Of a stretch of 64,000 nucleotides of DNA, positions 34,911 through 49,900 are shown one piece after another. Positions within the stretch are counted from its first letter, which is position 1. Each line of letters starts with the position of its first letter. The translations under genes were made by a program, and so were the position numbers. The stretch covers positions 43,152,001 through 43,216,000 of the forward strand of contig CM097885.1 of the NCBI GenBank assembly GCA_044892525.1, read 5' to 3'. The notes below the pieces were generated by a model. The model searched no databases, was not told the DNA's origin, and worked only from the letters and a program-made list of their open reading frames with translations. This DNA comes from Schmidtea polychroa (Eukaryota).

Positions 34911-37900
34911 TTAGCTGACGCAAATTACCTTTTCAAAATTGACCTTAGACAAATTTGGCAGTTTTATTCCGGAATTAATTGTACTACATTCCTGATTAGT
35001 TTTACCGGTATTGCTGCTGTCGAGAAACATTTGAGGAATACTGTTACCGAAGAATATTTTGGTGTTATTGGCAATACTCAACAATCTGATCATTTCCAAA
35101 TATTCATGAGTTAATTTCACCTTGGGGAAATTATTACGTCATCGAAGAATAATTAAAATATAAATTGTTACTCCCCATACTCCCCAAAAACTATTTCCTT
35201 TGACTTTGATATTAATTTTGGGAAATTTATAATCGAAAATTTAAGCATTACCTACCGAAGAGAATCATGTAAATCAGGATAAAAAAGAACCACTAATAGT
35301 CGAAAAATTATCTCCAAATTACTAGAATCGAAGTAAAAGATAGAAAAATTGAGCAAAAAGAGAATAGTGAATGAAAAGATTATAATTGATTATCAATCTG
35401 CATTATGTTACTCCATAACCCGGGACTTCAAATCACTTGATATTCATTTTGGTCAATTCATGGAAATTCAATATATTTTAAAATTAAAAATTATGTATCG
35501 ATCATATTATATATTGATAAATTCATTTAAAAAATAATCTATTAATTTTCCATTATCTATTGTTTTATAATGACAGAACCAAAAAAAGGAGATTTTTTTA
35601 AACTTTCGATAGTGCATTATCCGAAATTGGTAAACGAATATCTTTTTCAACTTTTTTTCAACAATGAAATCTATTAAATCAAAGTACAAATGTTCATTAC
35701 CAAATAAATTATTTTCGAAATTAACTTCGACTAAGCTAACTCCGAGTTCTCATAAAATGAAATTAACAAACATATCTGATAATATTGGATCAATAAAACA
35801 ATAATGAATTTTCATAGGACATTTGGGAAATGCTACTAACGGAAGGAGTCGTATTACTCTAAAGATGCCCTGGGAAATATGAGTAAAACGATACACAACA
35901 TGCATTTAGATTTAGTGCAAATAGATTCAAAGAATATCAAGGAAATATATATTGTTCGTTACAATAAAGCAATATTATTTCAGTACTTTTAATGTAGGTG
36001 TCGAGTTTTAGGTTAAAAAAAATCAATTTATTTTTAAATTCTTTGTATAATATGAAGGTAAATAAACCTACAATTTGAATAGATTTTGAATTTATAACTT
36101 TTATAAAATTTGGAAATAATATCTATTTTTAATAATCAATTATATTAATCTTCATTTCAGACAACAGATCAATATTTTTATTTATTTAACACGAATGTTT
36201 AGATTAGGCTTGTTTATTAATTCAATTAGCAGCACAAAATCATGATTTTATATTTAAAATTATTTTTATTGGGTGACAATCTTTATATTAAAAAAATTCC
36301 ATATTCCTTATCTTTGACAATGAAAAAAATGCCTCTGGATTGACTAAAATGTGTAATTTACTGTCAAATTAATTAATTAAGACAGTGACTTAACCTGTTC
36401 AATAAAAACACAAGAATGGAAAAAGAATATTGAGTTTTATGGAATAGATATTTCAGTGATCCATGACAAAATAACACTACGATTTAAAAAATAGTTAAAG
36501 AGATAAATGTTTTTTAAATTTCATTAGATCGGAGGATTTTGCTTCTTCAGACAAACAGATTTCTGCTTTATAATTCAAGATTACTTAACTTAAGAGACAA
36601 AAAGAAAATTCGTTACCAATATTCGTGAAAATTATTGGTTTTGGTTTCGACTAAGTCAAGGGTGGATTGTATTTATTTTAACAATATATAACAACTTAAT
36701 TTCTTTTCAATTTGTAATTATTTATTTTCTTCATTAAAATCAATCAAGTATTTTAATTTGCTTTTGTTGTCAAAAGGGGATTTATATTTATAGTAACTAT
36801 AGGCGATGAAAAATCACTTTATTTTTTCACTATATATTTCTATAGTATTACTATCATCATCAGGTTACCTACATTCACGACGGATGAATAATTATACAAT
36901 ATTAATAATTTATAAGCAAATTAAATCTTTTATTAAATCTATAAATTTTTAAATTATAAATAACAATTTTAAATGATTATTTTCAAAAATAATTTTCATT
37001 AAACATTATTTTTCACTTTTAAAAATTCTTTAAAAAAAATTTTATTTTAATTATTTAACAATAGGGGTCATTGCATAATTACGTCATGCTTGAAGGTGGG
37101 TGGGTGGGTTCCTTCAAAACGTGACGTGGGTGGGTGAGTTGAGCTGAACGTGAAGTCACGCTAATTGTATTTATTAGTTTATATTTTAATATAAATAAAT
37201 CATTAAATTAGAATATTAAAGAAAACTTTTTAATATTGGATGACTATAGACATGTTCAAGAAAAGTAAAGTTAACAAAATGCCAGATCTATACCAAGATC
37301 TAGTGAATACATATGCTCTTGCACATCCGGACAAATCGAAGCACGATCAGCTGAGAGGCGCAGGCTTTATGGAATGAATTAAAATCAGAACCATCTACAT
37401 GTCAAACGAAACTGAACGAGTTAAGAATGGCTGTGGCAAAACGAAAAGCAAAGAATCTGAGTTATTGGACAAACATTCCAGCAAAGAAAACATTATTGCA
37501 GGAGGTTCCATCTGTGTCTGTTGGATAATCTGCTGGTGAACTGTTATTGCCTACAGTTATGGACAAAACAATCAGCCATACTTTAGTTGTCGACGAATCG
37601 AAAATCATCACTAGTGAATCGAGTATAAATGAGGTTGAAAAGCAAAATGTGTTGAAAGATATAAAACGTCATACACCAGCAGAAATACGAGAACAAAAAC
37701 GTTTGGATGAAGTAAATGCCAACATATCATTCCTTGTATTAGAGCAACAGAAAGGTTTAGGTGATTCAGAAGCTGTAGGAAAGGAATTGAAGAACTTGGA
37801 GACTAGCAAAAAGAAAATCCAACATGCTATTCAAACTCTTCGACTTAACCGTTCTCGAGCACAGAAATCTCACTTGAAAAAAAAAAACCAAAAATTATCC

Positions 37901-40900
37901 GCAGCTGCAGGTGAAACATTACTTGAAAAACCTGGGCGTCCCAGAAATATCCAGATCTTCTCAATGTGACTTGGGAACTCGTATGTTCCAGTGAAGCTGG
38001 AGCTGATCCTGGGCGTCGATCTGAATTATTGCAATGTCTAACACTAATGCTCAATGAAAAAGGTTATAATACTGCTGTATACAGACGTCTGATACCACGT
38101 CGCTGGAATACAAATAAAGGCAAAAGACATTTACAAACGGTTCCGGTGAAACTTGTCAAAGCCCAATTCAATGCTCGGAAGAAAAATGAAGATGCCCAGT
38201 TGGTTGCTATTAGGCTCGTTATGGAACTATGCACACTTATTGGTCCACAAAACACAATGCTAATTTCGCAGACGATAACACTAGAATAGCTCTTGATATT
38301 GCAGCAGCAAGTAAAGAACAGCCAATTGTGATGAGTACAGAGTAAAATTGCTAGATCACGATTGGGTCGTACCCGAGAAACATAAATTGATACCTTCAGT
38401 GTACGCCTTCCTAACTATCAACATTGACATTGTTGGCGACAAGGCAACTGGGATATCGAACACTGGGCCAACTTATATAGCAATCCGTTCAGGAAAGCAT
38501 GATACGCCAAATTCCTACAGTCATGGCACGGACATACGCCACATAGTTGATGATGAACGGTTTGAGAATGTTGTCAAAACACCATCCGGAAATGTTAAAC
38601 CATTTTGGGTGTCGCGGTAAGATGGAGGACCAGACGAGAATGCACGGTATCCGAAAGTTATTGAAGAAGCGATTAATGTTTTTCTGGAATATGATCTTGA
38701 CATGTACATAGTTGTTATTACTCCAAGAGGCTACAGTGCATGTAATCCCTATGAACGTAGAATGGCTCCCCTATCCCATGACATTTGTGGGTTGGTTTTT
38801 GATCACGAGCATTTTGGTTCACCTATTGGTGCAAGTGGAAAGATAATCGACGAAGAATTGGAAAAAAGGAATTTCTTTCACGCAATGAATGTCTTAGCAT
38901 CTATATGGAGTAAAACAGTCATCGACAAAAATGCAGTGTATGCAGAAGCTATTCCGATACCAGCAGGTCGTCATTTTTGCCATTTGTCCGTTCTTCTTCT
39001 TCTTCTTCTTCTTCTTCTTCTTCTTCTTCTTCTTCAAGATATTCACCCGGATATTACCAATCAAACCAAACTCAGACAGCCATACCCATTTCATCTGTAT
39101 TGTCCATCAATCTCCACTGTGGATTCGAAAAGAGACAATGTCAAGTCTGTGGCATGAATTTTCCAACTGTTGTTGTCATTATCGCATCTGCCGTAGACAA
39201 AAAACGAATGCCACATTAATTTTTACTGAAGTAGTTGAAGAAGTAGCAGAACTCGCAGACACCAGCAACAGTTCAGATAAACACGTCTGTTCACCCGCTT
39301 GTGTGAACCGGAAACCGCTGTTTGTATCTTAGTTTTACCTTCGGAAGAACGTGGTAATTCTCCATGGATTCCTGACCTCGAAGAACCAGTTGATTAAATT
39401 AATTTTACTTGGTCCACTGTTATGAATTTTAAACATTTTAAAACGGATTCTTGATTAATTTAAACATCTTAATTAGAGTGCTTGAAACAATTTTAAAATC
39501 CTTATATAAACTTTTTGTTTGAAGCATTAAATTGCTTTTTAACTGTTACGACTGTCTGTATATTTGTAATTGGCATTGTATTAGTGCACCATTGGGCTAC
39601 ACCATTTCGTGAACAATAAAATGACGTCACGATTGGAGGGGGTGGGTGGGTGGGTCTAGGGAAATGTGACCAAGCATGACAGTGTGGGTGGTCCATAAAT
39701 GGTCATTTTTGGTGTGACGTAATTATACAATGACCCCTAACTATTATTTAATATACATCAACATACAAAAACTTAATTAAAAACATTCAACACACACGTA
39801 TTCACTGTATTCTGCACATTGATGTTAGGATTAAAAGTTCTTATCAATAATGCTTCACATATTACACGCTCAAAACAATTATCAAAATTTTTTGAAATCC
39901 GACATTCCTAAATCTCTCATACAGACTTTATTATGATCCTTAATATTGCTGATGATAGTGATGCTATCGAAATATATAGCGAAAATATGACCGAATGGCG
40001 ATTTTTATTAATAAAGTCTTTACTGTGTTTATTTAAAAAATTACTTTATTATTTTATCCATCTTTTATTTAATAATTTTGTCAAAATTTTGAGTTAAATA
40101 AAAAGTATTATGAAGAAAATGAATATAACCGATAAATGGTGAAAAGGAATATTACATATTGAATATAATAAATTACAATTATATTTCATAATTTTTAGAA
40201 AATAATAAAGGTAATATTTTTTTTGATATTCATTTCAAATAAATAAATATTTTCAGATAGAAATTGTATTCAGTTTTGACTTTTAAATTTATTATTGCCT
40301 GATTTTTATCACTAAAATAATTTAATAATTTTTACTATCAAGTTAAGTTCTGTTGAGTTCTATTTAACTTTGTTTTAAATTAGAAATATCAATTGAAATT
40401 TTTACTGCAGAAATACGTTTTACGATATATTTCGATAATTTAACTGTCATCCGTCAGATGAAATAGAAATACATATATTATAAACTTAAAAAATAATTGA
40501 TTTAAATTTAAATTTAAATTAAAGATTTTTTAAATTATAATAATTTTGTACTTGGTTTAATAAATTTATATATAGTAATTTCTATTCTATCTGATGATGA
40601 CAGTGAAATTGTCGAAATATTCGTAAAAACTTATGCTTGGATGATCCTTAGGGTTGCCAACTCCCACAACCTCGAACCCGGGAGATTATAAAATTGCGAA
40701 CAGTATAACGCTTAAATAATATAACAGGTGTTTTTTCACTTTTGGTTTACACATTTTAGTGATTTTAACTATATGATGACTAATACCATAATGACTTAAA
40801 CAAAACAATTATTTTTACATATTACATTTTAAAAGTGAAAAAAACCTGACAGTGACAGACTAATAACGTGGGTAAGAAAAACATAAAATCACTCGCCGTA

Positions 40901-43900
40901 AACAAACAACTTAAACTTATGGTGACCGTGAAAAATCTTATAATTATTTTAGAGAAATTAAATAAAAGTTAAATATCAAAAACTGCACTTTTTTCTTGAA
41001 AAATTGTAAAATATTGTAAAAACAGAAAGACGGGAGAGTTGGCAAACGGCCATGTTTATTTCCTTATAAATTAAAAATTTTGTCTATATTTACATCACTA
41101 ACAAATTCAAAAAAATCTTGCTATAAAATTTATACTCTGTCCTAGAATCAATAATTTTATAGTTATTAGTAAAATCCTTTATATTTTGATCACTTTAGAA
41201 ATGTTTTTTTTCATTGTGTTAAATTAATTAGAAATTTTTTTTCCTTTTAACACAAATTTTCGTCACTTTATTTATCAAGTGCTTTCAGAGTGCGGTAAAA
41301 TTTGTGTTACACAAAATATTTAATTTTTTTTATTAAATTAATTTTGTAAAATTGCAATTTTTGTTTTATTTAAGAATTCTAGAGTCTTGTATAAGTTTCG
41401 TAAGCTTATTTTCTAGGAATTTGTGTTTATTTCTTAAAATAAATGACTTTCTTTAAATACAGAAGAGTTAAGATGAAGTCAAAGTTAGAGAATCTGTATT
41501 ACATGCTGCCGAAGATATTATAGATCAATAAAAAATTACCTGGAATACTCGTGATTTACCCAGAAACTAATGTAATGAAAGCAAAATTTGAAAGATTTTT
41601 GAATTATATTTCACTGGAAAGAATTATTTTACGTCATTGTGATACATCCACGTCTTCTGTTATATAGATTTTTACTCCGAGCGTGCTTTGATAAAGGACA
41701 ACGAAATTTAAACAATATGAACTTTTTACTGATCTGCACAATTAAAATCGAGTCTTCACTGAATGATCAAATAAATTTACAGTTTCCAGTGCTTTTTTCA
41801 ATATTTCGTGAGGAATTTCATTATTGGAATAAGCTCAAATTCACCATTATATTACCACTGGTTAAATCATATATCTCGACTAAATTAACTTGATTGATTT
41901 TTTCACTCTGACTTTGAAGTTTCTTCTCCTTGATTTACAATAAATACACACGCCTAATATCGACTCTCATACTTTTCTTAAAATTTCTCTCTTTTATAAT
42001 TTCTTTCTAAATGATTTTTCCGATTTCTGTCAATATTTTGTCCAATATTGTGTTGTGTCCCATTCCATTTCTGTTTTGCTAATTATAGTTCTGATATTGA
42101 AAAGCACTTGATAACACTTTGTTTGTCTACCGGCGACTTTTGAATTTCTTAGAGCTTCCGTTTCATTAGGTTTCATTGTCTAATTCAAGTTCTTGAAGCA
42201 AGAAAAATTCCTTTTTCGTTTTGTCTTTCAACTTGCACTTGTAAATTAATAATGACTTAAATTTTATTTATTTGGTAATTAATTAAAATCTTTTTTGTTA
42301 TTCCTTCTTTCAGGAGGTCGGCTACATCATTTCATTCAATAGTCGTTCGTTTTGCTCATTTAAAAATTATTTTATAATATTATTTAGATATTTTCAACAA
42401 TTACTTGCCAAATTCGTGGATATCAAAAACATCGATATATTACATCAATATATTATTTTTAATAAATTCAATGGGAAAAAAATCAGTGGTGAAATTGAGA
42501 AAAGTTCTTATTATAAGGAAGATGAAAGATTCTAAAAGTTTTAAATAGAAATTTTGTTAGATTTTAAAAATATTTTTATCGAAAAATATTTTAAAAGATA
42601 AATTGAAATAAGAAACAAAAGGAAAGACAAGTTTTTGGGTGTATAATTTATTTAAAAAAAACTGGAATCAACAGAAATGTTCGAAATTATATTCGTGGAT
42701 ATATGTGGACCAATGCAAGAAACAAAAGGACGTAAGAAATATATATTGGGTATAATAGACCAGTATAGTAAGTATCAAGTACTGACAGCTATAATAAGAC
42801 AAGACGAGGAAACAATAAAGAAAACAATTTTAGAAAAATGGATTTTAAGATTTGAATGCCCAAAGGAGATAAGAGTTGATTGTTGGAAGGCGTTTGAATC
42901 AGTAATGATGCGAGAACTCACAAAGAAACTTGATATTAAGTTGTTTTTCGAGTCCATACCATCACCAAACAAATGGACAGATAGAAAGGCAATTCAGGAC
43001 AATACGAGAGCTAATAAATGCTACTTTACGGGACAGGAAGACGAATTGGGTAGAGATACTGCCAGAAGTCGAATTTACATTAAATGCAACCAAACAAAAA
43101 ACAGAAAGAAAAAGCCCGAAAGAGATAGTATTTGGAAAAAAAGATTAACAGGGAAAAACGGTTCGGGTCAAAAGAAAAACAAACAAGGAGGAAATTCAAC
43201 GTAGGAGAACGTGTTAGTAAAATTAGAAACATGCAACAAAAGCCAGGACAGGTGCATGAAAGTACATGACAGACGATACATCTTAGGAAACGAGAATGGT
43301 AAAAAGATTGAAAGAAACGTGGAAAAACTTAAAAAATTTCTTAAGAAGGGGATATGAAGAAAATTAGAAATTTTGTTAAATTTTAATAATATTTTTATCG
43401 AAGTATATTTTTAAAAGAAAAATTGAAATTTGTTTAAATAAAAAACAAAAGGAAGGACAAGTTTTTGAGTGTATAATTTATTAAATAAAATTTATGGAAT
43501 AATTTAGTGATTTGCAAACAGATATTAATGTTCTAACGGATGAGAATCCTCATACTTATAATTAATTTTTAATCAATAAGTTCAATGAAAATATAGTTGT
43601 ACACACAACCACCCTATACAAAATTATTAATTAAAATTTATATATTATTTAAAAGTTTATTTCCATTGTGCCTCTAACCCGCAAGTTTAGTAGATGATAT
43701 AATAAAATAAAATTATTATTTAATAAATGATATTTTAATTATTTTAATAAAATTGAATAAACAAAATAATATTAGGGAATTTGGTAAATTTGGTTTGTAA
43801 ATAGAAAGATTACTTTATTAGCTTCTGCTTCCTGCTTAGCACGATAGAATTCGGCATCGGATTCTGCTTTAATTCTAGATGTACGAGCAGCATCTAGGAA

Positions 43901-46900
43901 TTAATAAAAATCTATAGTACTAATGCGCACCAAATTAAAATTTGAATTTCGATAATTACAATATACAATTACATGGCTTCCCGGGCGACTTTGAAAACGT
44001 CTCATTTAATTTTAAACAATTATATCTAAATTTGAGAGACAAAACAGTGTGTTTTTGGGGAAATTAGCTGCAGTTTAATAAATAAATTGAATTTTTTACT
44101 TTAATTCACTAATTCGGGGTTACTAAACCTTTTCTAGCTATTGGAACTTTTTAACCTATGAGAAATTACTGCCGAAAACCTAATTTTTTCTACGGAAATT
44201 CACATAGACTCTGTTTTTAGACATATTAATGCAATTGAGGCAAGATTTCTGGAGGTTCGTCTTTATTGAATGTACTTTTTCACAAATAGAATGTTCCAGG
44301 AACCCTATTTTTTGGAACCCAGGTTGAAGAACAATACATTAAATAAATATTTATAGGTTAAATAACCCTAACCTAAGTAAATTTTTGAACGACTTTTTCT
44401 TTAATTCTTGATTTTTGTTTATTAGTGGTAAAATATATAAAAATTACGATGGAAATTATTCCTTATTCTATTCATCCAGATGTTTATCAAGTTTACCAAA
44501 ATTTAAAATATTGATTCCTATACTATTAATCTTTCATCATCAGTGTTCAAAAACTCTTGATTCAAGAAACTGACAACATGATCATTAAACCCTTCTACAT
44601 ATCAATGAAGACCTACGAGATACAACGCAAGAACTAATCAACGGCTTGATCAACATTCAATCAAAGAATGTGTTGATGAAAACACAATACCGTTAATGTA
44701 CATTAAATATTAGTAAATATAGTTATCTAAGTATAAAATGAAATATATTTGAATTTTACGGTTGAAAACAGTTGATAAACACAGCATTAAACAAATGGCT
44801 AGGGTTGGTATCAAATTTAGGTCACAACATCCGCAGTAACTATATTTATCAAGGCATTTGAAAAAGTGCATTCACACGTTTAATAAATTAATTTTTGCCA
44901 TAAATCAATATACCGACCTTCAATTCTACTAATGTTCAATTCACTCTCTTTTTCTGTGATTTTCATTTGCCAGTGAATTCTTGAAACTTGTGCCAATTTT
45001 TCAGCTTCTAAAATCCCATATTAAACATATTAACTAAAATCGAATCGATATTATTACAAATTGCTTTTCATGTGGAAAAAAACAGGCAGATGTTTAGGTA
45101 CGATTTTGTAAAGTGAATTCAATTCAAGTTTATGTAATTAAATTTCATAAAATTTTTGATTTATTCGGTAACTATTAAAAATCATATAATTACAAATTTT
45201 TTATGATTTTTCTAAAGGATATGAGTGCAAAATCAATTAAGAGAAAAAATCCAGATTCTAAATTGAACTGTAAATTTCAATCGAATCGATAAATCTCAAT
45301 AAATAAACATGGACCAATGAATATTACACGATTGATGAATTTAGTTTATAACATTTCTCTATTACAAATTACTGAATTAATGTTATGATGGGAGAAAATT
45401 TTTAATTTAATTTCATAAATTTCTTGGATGAAATATTGATTAAATCGGTAATTATCAAAAATCAATTAATAAAGATTTTATTGGAAAAATCCAGAATCTA
45501 AATCAATATTAATCAAATTTGCACATGGACCAATGAATATTACACGATTGAAATAACATTTTTCTATTACCAATTACTGAATAAATTTTATCTAAAACTA
45601 GCTTTATAAATGACGGAAGAAAATTTTTAATTTAATTTTTTTTTAAATTTTTTAAAAATTTACTACTTTACAAAAATATTCTTTATCGAGTGAAAAACGG
45701 GGAAATGTTAATTTAGGATTATAATAGAAGTGTATAGTGATATCATTTTGCAATTTTTTTGTAATTATCAATAAAATGATTATCAATAAAATAATATCAA
45801 TAAAATTATTATCAAAAATCAATTTTCAATAGCCAACATTAAAATCAATTTTTTCCCAAGTTTAGAAAAGGAACTTGTTTCTATTCGATATGTGAAAATC
45901 AAAAGCTTGTTGAGTCGATTTTGCATTATATGAACAGTTTAAATAAACGGATAGAAAATAATCTGTTTCTTTCTTGCATTTCTTAATACAGCGCTAAGAT
46001 AATCACTATGAGACAGCGATTTATAGAAAACCAATTGATACAATTAATTTTGATGATCATCATTCGTGGTTTTTATCTTCTACTGCTGGAAATTCAGTAC
46101 ATGTGTTGATATTGCCGTACTCAGGTTTTATAGATTTTAAGAAAGAAAAGCAAGCAGCTGAGGAATATAAATTATTAAATTGTGTTCTGATCTCCTTTAT
46201 CTAGTTCAGTGGTTCTCAATCCGTGATCCGCGATTACGTTTCCAGTGCTCCGCGAAGAAAATGACATTTTATCTTTAAATCTGCATTTAAGATACATATC
46301 ATCAAAAACCTCAATTAATTTTTCTATAAGATGATTCAATAAGAAAGCCGTTACACATATATATAAACATGCAATTATATAAAAGTGTTTCTATAGCTTG
46401 TTATTGTTGCGCGTGGTATTTTCTTTGCTTATAAGAAGGCATTGTTTACATTTACGACATATTTATAGTAATTTGTGATTGGTCACTCATTGTGGGCAAG
46501 TATTTTTTGTCAGTGTTCCGCGTAAAAAACATCATGTGAATGGTGTTCCGCGTTTCTAATTAAGTGAGAACCACTGATCTTGTTCTTGAACGTTATCAAG
46601 CCTTTAAATCCAAATTCAAAAATCTGATTATCACTTCATTTAAACAAATTTTTGAATCTCCGAATTAGCATTTAAGCATTTTAATAAATATCTTATTAAA
46701 ACAAATGAGTTCATTAAAACAAAATATGATTTTTCAGATTAATATTCAAACATTTATTACCACTTCATTTAAACAAATAATTAAAAATTAATTTATTCGC
46801 ATTCAAAATTTTGCTTAGCGCCTTTATAAAACAAATATAGTCAGTCAATTAAAATGTCGATTGTACAATATATCATTTTAAAAATTTATAAATCACTACA

Positions 46901-49900
46901 TTTAAACAAAAAATTGAAATTTCTAAATTAGCATTAAAAATTTATAAATCACTTCATTTAAACAAATTTTATATATTCGCAGTAAACATTTCGGTTAGCA
47001 CCTTAATAAAACAAATTTAATGAGTTTAAAAACAAAATTAAATTTTATTACCACTTCATTTAAACAAAAATATATACTCACTTCATTAAAACATTTATTT
47101 AAATTTTCGAAATGTGATAGTCAAATGTTTGCCTAAAGAACTTTTATTTTATAACAAATTTAATGAGTTCATTAAAACAAATATTACAATCACTTCATTA
47201 AAACACATTTTAAAATTTCAAATTCTATAAATACTTTCAATAATGATTTTTGTATAAAATTTATGTTATTTTTATAATAAGTGTTTAATAATAAATAACT
47301 GACCTATAATTGCTCTTAATCGTTCTGTTTCAGCTTCTTTCTCTACAACTCGTTGACGTTCACTAGCTATCAATAATTTAGTTTTCTCAGCTTCCATGTT
47401 CTCATAATTTCGTCTAATTTGTTCGGGAATTTTAGGTTTTGTGACTCGAACTGCTTGAATTAGTAATCCAGGTGCCATTTCAGTCAAATCCTCTTGAAGA
47501 GCTTTTTTCAAATTCTCATCAATCTGGTCTGAATTTGAATAAAAGCTCTACAGTCGCAAATCTACGAAAAACGAGAACTTACCAAATTTCTGAATGTAGA
47601 CTTCCTGTAATGTATGAATACTACAAAATTGATTCAACTCATGGTGAATTTTGTTGTAAATTAATGTTTTATCATAATCTGCTGTATAATTTTTTACAAC
47701 ATCGTAAACTAAAACAATTAGAATATATATAACATTTGAATTTGTAAGTTGAAATTATTTTTTATTACCAAATTACTTTCAAATTAATAACTGCAAATTT
47801 TTTTTAAAATCATTTAAATTAATAATAATAAATAAATGATAATAAAAGCCTTTGCCGCGAAATATATATCTAATAAAATGAAATAATTTTTGAATATAAT
47901 AAAAATCCTTGTCAATTTCTGGGAATTTAGCTGTTTCAATTTTCAAATGCTTTTTGGTCTTGTTTTTTACTTTTATTTTCTCTATTTTCATTGAATGAAA
48001 ACAGTAAAAAAATCAAAATAACAGAGTATAGTCTTGAACAAAAAGAGAAGCTCTAGCAAGCAACACAAAAGGGAAAACATTTACACAATGCAAAACTGGC
48101 AGACACCAAAAAAATATATACTTCTGAAAAAACGTTTACTGCATCACGTGCAATGTATACAAAATATACATGGAGGTACGGTTAGGAGCTGGCACCAAAA
48201 CTGTTAAAGAATATCTAGATCAAGGTTCCGAAAGTTTTATTTAGGGAGGCCAAAATACAAAATTTTTTTAAAGTAATAATAGATTGTAATATACATATAT
48301 TCGTGTATATATACAAGGTATGATCAAATAATAAAATGAATGAATTTTTACAGCAGCAACTGCTGACACTACATTCATTTGATATAATTTGTCCGAAAGC
48401 CGGATCCCCTGAGATCGGCATCGTCAACTTTGAAGACGCCTGACTTGTCAATCAGCTGCCAGAGCCGCTAAAGTGAGGTTATTTACCGTGACTGTCGCGT
48501 ATCATGGATTTCGAACAACGCATTCACATTAAGTTTTGTTTTAAGTTGCAAAAGAGTGCCAAAGAAGCTCACGAAATGTTACAAATTAGTGTATGGCGAT
48601 AATGTGGTAATTCTGAAGACTGTTTACAGGTGGTACGAACAATTTAAAAGTCGAAATTAATCGGTTGAAGACGAGCAGAGTTCAAGACGTCCATTAAAAT
48701 GTGCTAAAAGTGTCAACAATTGTTCGTGCAAACAGACAAATGACTATTAGAAAGCTTACCGAACTTAACATCTCGTACGGGTCCGTGGAAAGCATTTTAA
48801 TTAATAATTTGCAAATGAGACGAGTGAGTGAAAAATTTATCCCCAAGCTTTTAAGTAATGAACAGAAGGAAAATCGTGTGTCATTTTGAACGGCGTGGAA
48901 GCATCGTCTTCATGCAGATTCGAACTTCATGGCCAAAATTGTAACTGTAGGTAAAATTTGGGTCTATGGCACTAACCCTGAGACGAAAATGCTCATTGTT
49001 TTTTCTATAATGATAGTATAGTGCGATCAGAGTTGGTTCCAAGGGGAATAACAGTAAACTCCGCATTTTACAAGTGTGTACTGCAACGTTTGCGAAATGA
49101 TTACAAAGAAAGATACCAGAAAAATGGGCCGGTGGCCTCCTTCTTCACAACGCGCCGTGTCACACTTTGCTTCTGATTCGCGAGCTTTTGGACAAAAATA
49201 ATTTCTGTCTCCACATCCGCCTTACTCACCGGATTTAGTACCATGCGACTTTTGGGTCTTCCAAAAAATTAAAACTGTGCTTAAAAGGAAACGTTTTGAC
49301 ACCATTCTTGACATTGAGAGGGTCACGACCGACCAACTGAAAGCCCTTCCGAAAGAACCCTTCCAAAAATGGAAGCTTATTACTTTTTTGTAATAAAAAT
49401 TATTTACAGTATTTTTTGATCACATCTCGTATATATAATTACAAAAATTGTATATAATGCATTAATTAAAATACAAAATATTTTTTAAAATTAAGATCTT
49501 AGGTCTTACACTGGCAGTTCGCGAGCCGCATTCTGGGAACCCCTGATCTAGATTCTGCTGGAAAATCCCCGGTATACAAACATCTCTAACAATGTCAACA
49601 ACGGAAAGAAAAAAATATTTTAATTAAAATCTTATTTATTATAAAACAAAGTGCAAAATCTGAATAGTAAAATTATTAATTCATAATAAAGATTTTTACA
49701 ATTTAAATTTTGATGAGTTACCTACCAATTGAAAGAATTAATCGACAGAACATTAAGCGTTATTGGGTTATATTTTATAATTTCATCAATATTAACCACA
49801 ATTAACCAAATCTCACTAAGTTAATGGAAATATATTAGAATAATTAGAAAACGAAACTTTCCCACACTCAAACCGGAACAGCAATATCTTGCTTAACACG

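Noticed and set aside
35300-36620. Possible plus-strand exons nested in the erlin last intron
   Set aside because: Could not build a stop-free spliced frame; no recognisable domain
38894-39219. Poly-K, poly-F and poly-S ORFs
   Set aside because: Alternative frames of the (TTC)15 repeat
44550-44585. Minus-strand CTGATGATGAAAG hammerhead candidate
   Set aside because: No stem II or properly placed GAAA
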